Shown here: positions 49,046 through 62,454 of the stretch, piece by piece
How the letters are laid out: each line of letters opens with the position of its first letter
How positions within the stretch are numbered: position 1 is the first letter of the stretch
DNA from: Laetmonice hystrix
Lineage: Eukaryota
Length of the DNA stretch: 64,000 nt
NCBI GenBank assembly: GCA_965235115.1
Contig: OZ249442.1
Span: forward strand, 6,882,001 to 6,946,000
Direction: 5' to 3'
The notes under the pieces: generated by a model
Databases searched by the model: none
What the model saw: the letters and a program-made list of their open reading frames with translations, nothing else
Told to the model about the DNA's origin: nothing
Made by a program: the position numbers and the translations under genes

Positions 49046-52000
49046 AATAAACCTTCTGAGAGGACTGACCAACTCATGTCAAACAAATATTAAATTATCG
49101 ATTCGATGTAAAAAAAACCCTCGTAATATTTAAATTTGGAATGCTTTACTGCCATCTTGGACACACTAAAAATGCAAGGTTTCATTTAGAAGAACCCTCG
49201 CGGTTTATCGAAATGACTCCAGAAAGCTACATTATAAACTTTAGTTTTACAATGATAAGTAAAATTCATGGTTGCAGCTACACTGGGAGCGGGTGCCAAG
49301 TTTCCCAGTCTGAGGCCGATATTCTCCGAGTAAGGACACGTACGCGCGGGGAGTCGTTCAGTATTGGTCGTGATTAGTGAGGAGGTTTGATATGACCTTG
49401 TGGGGTTCGAGACAGCGCCCTTTGATGACGTGCTGGTGTTGAGGCCTCACGACCCGCCGTCGTTGACCAAGGACTCCAGTCGTAGCCTCATTAGTATGCA
49501 CTGATCCGACCCTGGGACTGGCGCAGGTGGCTGGTCCGCCTCCAGTACTCTGTGGTAACATTTGTATGATGTCAAACTCAAACACAGGGGACTGAGAAAC
49601 TCCACAACTATCAATGAGTCTCCCACCACGGCCTCTGTACCTTTATATCCAGTTTGGCTTCAGAAAACGATGTGCGCCCTGCACCGGCAACATCAGACAG
49701 CATATTGATCAGGAAATGACCGCTCGGAACCAGAGAAAATGACAAGGAAATTTCACAAGGCTTTCTACAAAGCTGTCCATTGGTAGAAGAACTGCGCTGA
49801 TTTTAGAAAACGTTGTGAAACGTAGAACTGAAATAGAAGTTAGAAGTCGTGTACTGTGTAGGAATTGATCATAGGCCTGTATTGACAGGGGCGCACTTAT
49901 ACTGAACCGTTGTGAGCAGCATATAGATCTAGGTCCTATGCTGCTGCTGTGAATAGCCGAAATCACCTTTTCGTTGAGGTTACCCGTACCTAATCAAGAT
50001 TAGATCTATGTTGTTGAAGCTGGGACGTCTACCATATCTATGACCATGAATTGTCATAATTTCTATTCTTGATTTTTACCGGAGTGAGACTGTTGTCGCC
50101 GTCTGGCGGCCATGCGGTCACCACGGAACCCAATTACTTGCCACCTTAAGTTGTCTGGCCGTAATTTAAAAAAATCAAAATACAGACATCAGCACACCGT
50201 TCCAACCACTGAGAGTGAGTGATCAGTGGCCAGGTCCTAGCGGTCGGGACCGGTACTACGAGCGCCCTGATCGTAAAGGTCATTATATCCCTGCGCCGTT
50301 TCACGTACGTTGTACTGTAGTTCCATAACATTTCGGGACACAACCATTAAGGTAAATAGGAGGAACAATTTCAGCGACTTTTTTATTTTGGAAGAAGTAT
50401 GGCACAGGTAAACGTATTGTCATAGCAGAATCTAAAGCATCGTTTCTCATCTCTTCATCTACAAAGACCGGATCCTATGGCGGTGGCCAAGTTTCTAGCC
50501 TAGACGTTGTTTCATACGTCAAGCCGGGTTAGACGTTTCCTTCGGCCAGATATGGTTGAATGGTGATGGGAGATGTCTTTGTCAATGCCTGAACCCCCTG
50601 ATAGGGTTCTGTGTTGGAAACTGAAGGTTCAGATCACATATTGACAAGAACTGTAGTCAAAGAAGTTTGGTATGGTTACATCAGACCGGGGAGTGTCTGT
50701 GTTGTCAGGCTGGAGTGGGAACCCGACATCTGGAGCCGAGTTCAGAGAGACAGGTTTTCATAATTAGTATGTGGCACACATAACAAACAGCCAGGCTAGA
50801 GAAAAAAACAACACCCACACAAAGAGAGGAAAGCGAGAATTCTTACAATCTTTGCAAGTGTTAGGGTGGAAAACAATATTTTTTTTTTTTCATAACCGTT
50901 CTTCTTGACCTTATCTGAGACTATTATTTGTAGATGGATGTGATTAAATCTCTTGGTGAAATTCATATTAACTCATTCTTTATGTGTTTAGACACAAATA
51001 CCTGTGCTTTGTTACGTTGTACTTTGCTCCAATTAATGTATCCTAAGTAATTATTAAGTTATAGGTTCCTGTTTTCTGTATCGTATCGCTATGTCAGTAA
51101 GGCATACCTTCACTGTACAGATAGAAAGAACACCACCGGAAATGGACCTCGGACGGACAGGATATGTGAGGGCCGCTGGGACAACTTGGAAGCGAGTTTT
51201 CATAAACACTGTATAAACCGGTAAAACCCACTAATTATGACAGACATCCCAGGACATGTGTAAATAAATAGTGTAAACAAAAGCAGGGCTCAGGTTATTA
51301 CAGTAAAGCCGAATATCAATACATCTCTGACTAATATTCGCTGTCGTAACGTGGCTGCGTGAACTTAAACTGTGGATTTTGGCAGCACCTTGTCCAGCTG
51401 TGCATCGCCTGCCAATGTAAGCTCATTGATTACCAGGGAAACCCATATAAAGTATTTGAATTTCTGCAGGTGCTTGCCTAATATTTTGCAGATTGCCAAC
51501 ACTATTCTCCTTGGTAATTTTGAACATTGCTGCGGAAATGTAACAGCTGCCAGGAGAGGGGTAAAGTTTTCTGTGTAATACACTGATTCCATGGCAGGTG
51601 TTCCCTGTCACATGTTTGTGTTGTGTCATACAGTCTTATATTGAAATGGATTCAGGGACATTTGCGTGAAATGCAAGTGTATTGTCTTCAGGAGAGATTT
51701 TTGGGGCGGGTGAGATTGTCTGTTCTTTTGTCTCAGCTGTTTTGAATTGGAAGCGTGTTTTCAATCAGTGGATTGTTAAGTGTTAAGTGATTAGGGAAGT
51801 TCTCTGAAGAAGCTCAACTTGGTTGAATGTTGATGGGAAAATGTTCACTTAGTGTGATGTGAGAACCAAACAATAAGGATATTCGGTTTTCATGGCGCTA
51901 CATGTGTGACATTTCAGAGCAACATTTATTTTCTACCTTTCCTGGTGTATGTGCCTGACAGCTAATATTGATTGTAGTCTAAAGGCACCCAGTCTCTGTC

Positions 52001-52390
52001 TCGCTTGGTAGAAGAAAAGCAAGGACATTTTTATCAATTTCAATCCGTCATTGTTTATATAAACACTTGCAAAAAGTATCACAACTGAACGGTGCATACA
52101 GTTAGATACACATTAACTCGGGCACAGATTTCATTACACACTGGATATACTTGGAGTCGGAGCTCAGCACATTTCAACGCAATGTTGATGCATGAAGTTC
52201 ACTCCCGAACCAAGGGCTGTGGTTCGGGAGATGATACCCCAAAACGTTTGTTTCCGCCAAACGTGGGGATAATGTGGGAGGGGGGGAAATTGTTTTATTT
52301 TTGTAAATGAAATGAATTCTATACAGAGAAAGAAAACCCGGATTGCCGCTTAATATCAAAATGGTGCGCCCCTTCACTTTGTGCATTTGT

Positions 52391-54191
52391 CCTGGTAATG
52401 GACTTACGTGGACGGCTTTCATTCGTACATTCACTGTTAGCCACCACCCTTCCCCTGGTAATGGACTTCAGTGGACAGCTTTCATTCGTACATTCACTGT
52501 TAGCCACCACCCTTCCCCTGGTAATGGACTTCAGTGGACAGCTTTCATTCGTACATTCACTGTTAGCCACCACCCTTCCCCTGGTAATGGACTTCAGTGG
52601 ACAGCTTCCATTCGTACATTCACTGTTAGCCACCACCCTTCCCCTGGTAATGGACTTCAGTGGACAGCTTTCATTCGTACATTCACTGTTAGCCACCACC
52701 CTTCCCCTGGTAATGGACTTCAGTGGACGGCTTTCATTCGTACATTCACTGTTAGCCACCACCCTGTCCCTGGTAATGGACTTCAGTGGACAGCTTCCAT
52801 TCGTACATTCACTGTTAGCCACCACCCTTCCCCTGGTAATGGACTTCAGTGGACAGCTTTCATTCGTACATTCACTGTTAGCCACCACCCTTCCCCTGGT
52901 AATGGACTTCAGTGGACAGCTTTCATTCGTACATTCACTGTTAGCCACCACCCTTCCCCTGGTAATGGACTTCAGTGGACGGCTTTCATTCGTACATTCA
53001 CTGTTAGCCACCACCCTTCCCCTGGTAATGGACTTCAGTGGACGGCTTTCATTCGTACATTCACTGTTAGCCACCACCCTTCCCCTGGTAATGGACTTCA
53101 GTGGACGGCTTTCATTCGTACATTCACTGTTAGCCACCACCCTTCCCCTGGTAATGGACTTCAGTGGACAGCTTTCATTCGTACATTCACTGTTAGCCAC
53201 CACCCTTCCCCTGGTAATGGACTTCAGTGGACAGCTTTCATTCGTACATTCACTGTTAGCCACCACCCTTCCCCTGGTAATGGACTTCAGTGGACGGCTT
53301 TCATTCGTACATTCACTGTTAGCCACCACCCTTCCCCTGGTAATGGACTTCAGTGGACGGCTTTCATTCGTACATTCACTGTTAGCCACCACCCTTCCCC
53401 TGGTAATGGACTTCAGTGGACAGCTTTCATTCGTACATTCACTGTTAGCCACCACCCTTCCCCTGGTAATGGACTTCAGTGGACGGCTTTCATTCGTACA
53501 TTCACTGTTAGCCACCACCCTTCCCCTGGTAATGGACTTCAGTGGACGGCTTTCATTCCTACATTCACTGTTAGCCACCACCCTTCCCCTGGTAATGGAC
53601 TTCAGTGGACGGCTTTCATTCGTACATTCACTGTTAGCCACCACCCTTCCCCTGGTAATGGACTTCAGTGGACGGCTTTCATTCGTACATTCACTGTTAG
53701 CCACCACCCTTCCCCTGGTAATGGACTTCAGTGGACGGCTTCCATTCGTACATTCACTGTTAGCCACCACCCTTCCCCTGGTAATGGACGTCAGTGGACG
53801 GCTTTCATTCGTACATTCACTGTTAGCCACCACCCTTCCCCTGGTAATGGACGTCAGTGGACGGCTTTCATTCGTACATTCACTGTTAGCCACCACCCTT
53901 CCCCTGGTAATGGACTTCAGTGGACGGCTTTCATTCGTACATTCACTGTTAGCCACCACCCTTCCCCTGGTAATGGACTTCAGTGGACGGCTTTCATTCG
54001 TACATTCACTGTTAGCCACCACCCTTCCCCTGGTAATGGACTTCAGTGGACGGCTTCCATTCGTACATTCACTGTTAGCCACCACCCTTCCCCTGGTAAT
54101 GGACTTCAGTGGACGGCTTTCATTCGTACATTCACTGTTAGCCACCACCCTTCCCCTGGTAATTGACTTCAGTGGACGGCTGTCATTCCGT
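52391..54191. repeat. 63-bp minisatellite, ~28.5 copies
   Basis: Unit GGTAATGGACTTCAGTGGAC(G/A)GCTTTCATTCGTACATTCACTGTTAGCCACCACCCTTCCCCT; source of three ~608-aa ORFs. Confidence 0.98.
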
Positions 54192-54597
54192 CCCTCAGAA
54201 CTGTCTGAAGAATGTGAAGATGGTTAGAAAGAAACTCATAACTAAATTCTCCCGACTTGAGCACTTTATTGATGTGACCCACGCCACCTTCGTTGTATGT
54301 AAATTCATTTCTCCGATTTTTCGCTCAAATGGAGAAGTTGGAGGCGGATTTGTGGGAAGTGACAATTGTATGAGGGTGGTGGCGTGGGATTGTTGAAGGC
54401 AGCGCCAGCGGGAGGTTGTTAATCGGGGGTTAGTGGTGGTCCACCGGCGGATCTTTCATGTGTGCCCGGCACCTGGAAACGTACCACCTGATGTGTAATC
54501 ACGTGGAAACATTTCGCAACACAAGCCGCGCACAAAGCGCTAAAAACCATCGATATTCATTTCTTTGAGAACGTCTGGTGAGCACAAAGGAGCGATT

Positions 54598-54631
54598 ATG
54601 GCGGAGGGGGGAGGGTCAGTGGGATCCCGAG
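54598..54631 (+). CDS. Candidate short first coding exon (MAEGGGSVGSR) of an unidentified host gene
   Basis: ATT-ATG-G Kozak context, then CGAG/GTGAGG donor at 54632, at the edge of a GC/CpG-rich island (54590-54890). No downstream exon identified. Confidence 0.2.
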
Positions 54632-54977
54632 GTGAGGTTCCGGGGTTATGTCTGCCGGCGACACCGTCTGCCAGGCTTCCCACCGCCCGTCGGTGCCCGG
54701 CGCCCGGCTCCCCCCGCCCCGCCGCCCACCGCTCGGCACCGCTCGCCGAGCCAGGCCTCCCTCCTTCAACCCGCTCGGCCCACACTGCCTCCAACTTGGC
54801 CACCTTGTCGCACGCCCAGAGTCATCAACGCTGCTACCTTGGCCCTGCCGCGCCCCAAACTCTAACCCCAACACAGACAGCGCCGGACTAATTAACAGCT
54901 ACCTCTAGAGTTTGGAAGGGAAGGGAATGATGAAAAACACTGAAATGTACGTTCTTGGCTGATTTAACGTTTTACTG

Positions 54978-57900
54978 CCAACATATGAGTGGTCCTACCA
55001 ACATTCGGTTCACTCTGAGTGGTCCTACCAACATTCGGTTCACTCTGAGTGGTCATACCAACATTCAGTTCACTCTGAGTGGTCCTACCAACATTCGGTT
55101 CACTCTGAGTGGTCCTACCAACATTCAGTTCACTCTGAGTGGTCCTACCAACATTCGGTTCACTCTGAGTGGTCATACCAACATTCAGTTCACTCTGAGT
55201 GGTCCTACCAACATTCGGTTCACTCTGAGTGGTCCTACCAACATTCAGTTCACTCTGAGTGGTCATACCAACATTCAGTTCACTCTGAGTGGTCCTACCA
55301 ACATTCAGTTCACTCTGAGTGGTCCTACCAACATTCAGTTCACTCTGAGTGGTCCTACCAACATTCGGTTCACTCTGAGTGGTCCTACCAACATTCGGTT
55401 CACTCTGAGTGGTCCTACCAACATTCGGTTTACTCTGAGTGGTCCTACCAACATTCGGTTTACTCTGAGTGGTTCTACCAACATTCAGTTCACTCTGAGT
55501 GGTCCTACCAACATTCGGTTCACTCTGAGTGGTCCTACCAACATTCGGTTCACTCTGAGTGGTCCTACCAACATTCGGTTCACTCTGAGTGGTCCTACCA
55601 ACATTCGGTTCACTCTGAGTGGTCCTACCAACATTCGGTTCACTTTGAGTGGTCATACCAACATTCGGTTCACTCTGAGTGGTCATACCAACATTCGGTT
55701 CACTCTGAGTGGTCATACCAACATTCAGTTCACTCTGAGTGGTCCTACCAACATTCGGTTCACTCTGAGTGGTCCTACCAACATTCGGTTCACTCTGAGT
55801 CCTACCAACATTCGGTTCACTCTGAGTGGTCCTACCAACATTCGGTTCACTCTGAGTGGTCCTACCAACATTCAGTTCACTCTGAGTGGTCCTACCAACA
55901 TTCGGTTCACTCTGAGTGGTCATATTAACATTCAGTTCACTCTGAGTGGTCATACCAACATTCAGTTCACTCTGAGTGGTCCTACCAACATTCGGTTCAC
56001 TCTGAGTGGTCCTACCAACATTCAGTTTACTCTGAGTGGTCATACCAACATTCGGTTCACTCTGAGTGGTTATACCAACATTCAGTTCACTCTGAGTGGT
56101 CCTACCAACATTCGGTTCACTCTGAGTGGTCCTACCAACATTCGGTTCACTCTGAGTGGTCCCACCAACATTCGGTTCACTCTGAGTCCTACCAACATTC
56201 GGTTCACTCTGAGTGGTCCTACCAACATTCAGTTCACTCTGAGTGGTCATACCAACATTCGGTCACTCTGAGTGGTCATACCAACATTCGGTTCACTCTG
56301 AGTGGTCATACCAACATTCGGTTCACTCTGAGTGGTCCTACCAACATTCAGTTCACTCTGAGTGGTCCTACCAACATTCGGTTCACTCTGAGTGGTCCTA
56401 CCAACATTCGGTTCACTCTGAGTGGTCCTACCAACATTCGGTTCACTCTGAGTGGTCCTACCAACATTCAGTTCACTCTGAGTGGTCCTACCAACATTCG
56501 GTTCACTCTGAGTGGTCCTACCAACATTCATTCACTCTGAGTGGTCCTACCAACATTCGGTTCACTCTGAGTGGTCCTACCAACATTCGGTTCACTCTGA
56601 GTGGTCCTACCAACATTCGGTTCACTCTGAGTGGTCCTACCAACATTCGGTTTACTCTGAGTGGTCCTACCAACATTCGGTTTACTCTGAGTGGTTCTAC
56701 CAACATTCAGTTCACTCTGAGTGGTCCTACCAACATTCGGTTCACTCTGAGTGGTCCTACCAACATTCGGTTCACTCTGAGTGGTCCTACCAACATTCGG
56801 TTCACTCTGAGTGGTCCTACCAACATTCGGTTCACTCTGAGTGGTCCTACCAACATTCGGTTCACTTTGAGTGGTCATACCAACATTCGGTTCACTCTGA
56901 GTGGTCATACCAACATTCGGTTCACTCTGAGTGGTCATACCAACATTCAGTTCACTCTGAGTGGTCCTACCAACATTCGGTTCACTCTGAGTGGTCCTAC
57001 CAACATTCGGTTCACTCTGAGTCCTACCAACATTCGGTTCACTCTGAGTGGTCCTACCAACATTCGGTTCACTCTGAGTGGTCCTACCAACATTCAGTTC
57101 ACTCTGAGTGGTCCTACCAACATTCGGTTCACTCTGAGTGGTCATATTAACATTCAGTTCACTCTGAGTGGTCATACCAACATTCAGTTCACTCTGAGTG
57201 GTCCTACCAACATTCGGTTCACTCTGAGTGGTCCTACCAACATTCAGTTTACTCTGAGTGGTCATACCAACATTCGGTTCACTCTGAGTGGTTATACCAA
57301 CATTCAGTTCACTCTGAGTGGTCCTACCAACATTCGGTTCACTCTGAGTGGTCCTACCAACATTCGGTTCACTCTGAGTGGTCCCACCAACATTCGGTTC
57401 ACTCTGAGTCCTACCAACATTCGGTTCACTCTGAGTGGTCCTACCAACATTCAGTTCACTCTGAGTGGTCATACCAACATTCGGTCACTCTGAGTGGTCA
57501 TACCAACATTCGGTTCACTCTGAGTGGTCATACCAACATTCGGTTCACTCTGAGTGGTCCTACCAACATTCGGTTCACTCTGAGTGGTCCTACCAACATT
57601 CGGTTCACTCTGAGTGGTCCTACCAACATTCGGTTCACTCTGAGTGGTCCTACCAACATTCGGTTCACTCTGAGTCCTACCAACATTCGGTTCACTCTGA
57701 GTGGTCCTACCAACATTCGGTTCACTCTGAGTGGTCCTACCAACATTCATTCACTCTGAGTGGTCCTACCAACATTCGGTTCACTCTGAGTGGTCCTACC
57801 AACATTCGGTTCACTCTGAGTCCTACCAACATTCGGTTCACTCTGAGTGGTCCTACCAACATTCGGTTCACTCTGAGTGGTCCTACCAACATTCGGTTCA

Positions 57901-58253
57901 CTCTGAGTGGTCCTACCAACATTCGGTTCACTCTGAGTGGTCCTACCAACATTCGGTTCACTCTGAGTGGTCCTACCAACATTCGGTTCACTCTAAGTGG
58001 TCATACCAACATTCGCTTCACTCTGAGTGGTCCTACCAACATTTGGTCACTCTGAGTGGTCCTACCAACATTCGGTTCACTCTGAGTGGTCCTACCAACA
58101 TTCGGTTCACTCTGAGTGGTCATACCAACATTCAGTTCACGCTGAGTGGTCATACCAACATTCAGTTCACACTGAGTGGTCATACCATCATTCACTTCAC
58201 TCTGAGTGGTCATACCAACATTCGGTTCACTCTGAGTGGTCATACCAACATTC
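54978..58253. repeat. 30-bp satellite array, ~109 copies, with an internal 1222-bp duplication
   Basis: Unit CACTCTGAGTGGTC(C/A)TACCAACATTC(G/A)GTT. Confidence 0.98.
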
Positions 58254-59009
58254 TGTTCAGATCGATTAGGATTTGGTGGTAGGATATAGGCCAGTATAAT
58301 GTCAATATATCACTAGTGAGCAAACAGGAGGCAACGACATTTTCACGGTGTTTCCCTAAATTTTATCCAAATTACACAGAAAAAAGACTTCAGATTTCTC
58401 TGGCACGACTAAAAACATTAATCGTTAAAAGACACTTCAGCACAATCTATGCATGGGAAAATCAGATTTTCGTAATGAGAAAGATTATTCCAATAGGCGG
58501 ACGAATCCCCGTTTTTCACAGTTTGACCCGTTTAAGTGTAAGAAAATGCTTACCGGGGTATTTAAATAATTGTATTATCATGTCCTTCAAAATGACAGCT
58601 ATACCAATGAGTAAAAACGCTACAAGACATTCAGAAATCTGAAAGGTGCTCAAAAACATGCACTTTATTCTTCAGCCACTACAGTTGGTTAATGGCTGTC
58701 ATGAGGAAGGTGTCATTGAGTATTGTGAATAGTGTTTGGCCGTCAGTGGGATGTCAAATGGTCGAGACTAGGAACGCTCACCCACACACACACACACACA
58801 GACGGGGTAATGAGGCCCGCCGCCCAGGGAGCAGGTGTGAAACTGGTGCCTGAGTGTAACGTCCCACTTTGCTAACAAATTCCATCACTCAGCTCAACCA
58901 ATCAAATGCTGCCTTTCAATTAAAGGCCATCAGCTGCGTCACCGGAAGGACCACGTCACGTGATGTACCATTAGGGCAGAGGGCAAGCACGTGGATGGGA
59001 ATCCATCTT

Positions 59010-61418
59010 GTAGAACTCGTGTCCACGGTTCTCGATCCCTTCCAAGTCAGTGTCAAGTATTGGTCACAGTGATGGCATTTAACGTAGAACTCGTGTCCAC
59101 GGTTCTCGATCCCTTCTAGGTCAGTGTCAAGTATTGGTCACAGTGATGGTGTTTAACGTAGAACTCGTGTCCACGGTTCTCGATCCCTTCTAGGTCAGTG
59201 TCAAGTATTGGTCACAGTGATGGTGTCTAACGTAGAACTCGTGTCCACGGTTCTCGATCCCTTCTAGGTCAGTGTCAAGTATTGGTCACAGTGATGGCGT
59301 TTAACGTAGAACTCGTGTCCACGGTTCTCGATCCCTTCTAGGTCAGTGTCAAGTATTGGTCACAGTGATGGTGTTTAACGTAGAACTCGTGTCCACGGTT
59401 CTCGATCCCTTCTAGGTCAGTGTCAAGTATTGGTCACAGTGATGGCGTATAACGTAGAACTCGTGTCCACGGTTCTCGATCCCTTCTAGGTCAGTGTCAA
59501 GTATTGGTCACAGTGATGGTGTTTAACGTAGAACTCGTGTCCACGGTTCTCGATCCCTTCTAGGTCAGTGTCAAGTATTGGTCACAGTGATGGCGTTTAA
59601 GGTAGAACTCGTGTCCACGGTTCTCGATCCCTTCTAGGTCAGTGTCAACTATTGGTCACAGTGATGGCGTTTAACGTAGAACCCGTGTCCACGGTTCTCG
59701 ATCCCTTCTAGGTCAGTGTCAAGTATTGGTCACAGTGATGGAGTTTAACGTAGAACTCGTGTCCACGGTTCTCGATCCCTTCTAGGTCAGTGTCAAGTAT
59801 TAGTCACAGTGATGGTGTTTAACGTAGAACTCGTGTCCACGGTTCTCGATCCCTTCTAGGTCAGTGTCAAGTATTGGTCACAGTGATGGTGTTTAACGTA
59901 GAACTCCTGTCCACGGTTCTCGATCCCTTCTAGGTCAGTGTCAAGTATTGGTCACAGTGATGGCGTTTAAGGTAGAACTCGTGTCCACGGTTCTCGATCC
60001 CTTCTAGGTCAGTGTCAAGTATTGGTCACAGCGATGGCGTTTAACGTAGAACCCGTGTCCACGGTTCTCGATCCCTTCTAGGTCAGTGTCAAATATTGGT
60101 CACAGTGATGGTGTTTAACGTAGAACTCCTGTCCACGGTTCTCGATCCCTTCTAGGTCAGTGTCAAGTATTGGTCACAGTGATGGCGTTTAACGTAGAAC
60201 TCGTGTCCACGGTTCTCGATCCCTTCCAAGTCAGTGTCAAGTATTGGTCACAGTGATGGTGTTTAACGTAGAACTCGTGTCCACGGTTCTCGATCCCTTC
60301 TAGGTCAGTGTCAAGTATTGGTCACAGTGATGGCGTTTAACGTAGAACCCGTGTCCACGGTTCTCGATCCCTTCTAGGGCAGTGTCAAGTATTGGTCACA
60401 GTGATGGAGTTTAACGTAGAACTCGTGTCCACGGTTCTCGATCCCTTCTAGGTCAGTGTCAAGTATTAGTCACAGTGATGGTGTTTAAGGTAGAACTCGT
60501 GTCCACGGTTCTCGATCCCTTCAAGGTCAGTGTCAAGTATTGGTCACAGTGATGGCGTTTAAGGTAGAACTCGTGTCCACGGTTCTCGATCCCTTCTAGG
60601 TCAGTGTCAAGTATTGGTCACAGCGATGGCGTTTAACGTAGAACTCGTGTCCACGGTTCTCGATCCCTTCCAAGTCAGTGTCAAGTATTGGTCACAGTGA
60701 TGGTGTCTAACGTAGAACTCATGTCCACGGTTCTCGATCCCTTCTAGGTCAGTGTCAAGTATTGGTCACAGTGATGGTGTTTAACGTAGAACTCGTGTCC
60801 ACGGTTCTCGATCCCTTCCAAGTCAGTGTCAAGTATTGGTCGCAGTGATGGCGTTTAACGTAGAACTCGTGTCCACGGTTCTCGATCCCTTCCAAGTCAG
60901 TGTCAAGTATTGGTCACAGTGATGGTGTTTAACGTAGAACTCGTGTCCACGGTTCTCGATCCCTTCTAGGGCAGTGTCAAGTATTGGTCACAGTGATGGT
61001 GTTTAACGTAGAACTCGTGTCCACGGTTCTCGATCCCTTCTAGGTCAGTGTCAAGTATTGGTCACAGCGATGGCGTTTAACGTAGAACCCGTGTCCACGG
61101 TTCTCGATCCCTTTCAAGTCAGTGTCAAGTATTGGTCACAGTGATGGCGTTTAACGTAGAACTCGTGTCCACGGTTCTCGATCCCTTCCAAGCCAGTGTC
61201 AAGTATTGGTCCCAGTGATGGCGTTTAACGTAGAACTCGTGTCCACGGTTCTCGATCCCTTCTAGGTCAGTGTCAAGTATTGGTCACAGTGATGGCGTTT
61301 AACGTAGAACCCGTGTCCACGGTTCTCAATCCCTTCTAGGTCAGTGTCAAGTATTGGTCACAGTGATGGTGTTTAACGCAGAACTCCTGTCCACGGTTCT
61401 CGATCCCTTACAAGTCAG
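59010..61418. repeat. 74-bp minisatellite, ~32 copies
   Basis: Unit GTAGAACTCGTGTCCACGGTTCTCGATCCCTTCTAGGTCAGTGTCAAGTATTGGTCACAGTGATGG(T/C)GTTTAAC. Confidence 0.98.
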
Positions 61419-62008
61419 ATCCTTCATCTCAAACATTGAAATAATCCTAGAATCAGTGAGTCACAAGTATAACCCGTGATGGGGTCTGTGATTTTAATAG
61501 CAAACATATCCATGTCCTATTTAGATTTTGAAGTGCGTAGGACATTATCGACTGGTTGTTATAGATCCTGTGATATGAAATGATGACTTTAGAATCGAAT
61601 GCCCCCTCGGTGTGGCAGTTGTAAAGTCATTAGATTTACCGTCGCCTTCAATGAAGTATGTCTAGATGAACAGAAATATCTCGATTGCCTGGACTGTGCC
61701 ACTGACTCTGAGAGCAGATATAGATAACCCTTCTCTTACCCGCTAGTATATGAAGAACAATCGAAAGGTTCGCCGTCTGACAATGCTGGCGATATCAAAG
61801 AACAGGTGTCGGTGATAGACAATCAGAACTAGTGGATTTGATGAACGGGAAAGGCAAAGAGCGACATGCAAATTATATATAAAAACGGCCGTGCTAATGG
61901 TTAAAGACCACCTTCATTATGTTTTTTGGTTGATAAGTTAGTGCACCTACATGTAGGAATTAGGAGCAGTATAATTACTTCTGTGTACAACCATGGTTTA
62001 CGGAAGCA

Positions 62009-62454
62009 ATGGTTAAACATTGGAATGGTTGATTGATGTTAAACAATATGATTTATCATGGGTTAAACATTGGAATGGTTGATTGATGTTGAACAGTATG
62101 ATTTATCATTGGTTAAACATTGGAATGGTTGATTGATGTTAAACAATATGATTTATCATTGGTTAAACATTGGAATGGTTGATTGATGTTAAACAATATG
62201 ATTTATCATTGGTTAAACATTGGAATGGTTGATTGATGTTGAACAGTATGATTTATCATTGGTTAAACATTGGGATGGTTGATTGATGTTGAGCAATATG
62301 ATTTATCATTGGTTAAACATTGGAATGGTTGATTGATGTTAAACAATATGATTTATCATGGGTTAAACATTGGAATGGTTGATTGATGTTAAACAATCTG
62401 ATTTATCATTGGTTAAACATTGGAGTGGTTGATTGATGTTGAACAGTATGATTT
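62009..62454. repeat. 50-bp minisatellite, ~9 copies
   Basis: Unit GGTTAAACATTGGAATGGTTGATTGATGTTAAACAATATGATTTATCATT. Confidence 0.95.

Noticed and set aside
49550-50000. Purine-rich stretch that reads like decayed coding sequence
   Set aside because: Stops in all frames and no identifiable motif.
3699-58282. Dozens of long repetitive ORFs (e.g. 24457-26052, 26849-28105, 29011-30234, 54955-56271, 56243-57493)
   Set aside because: They coincide exactly with tandem arrays, occur in several frames and both strands, and have no domain motifs.
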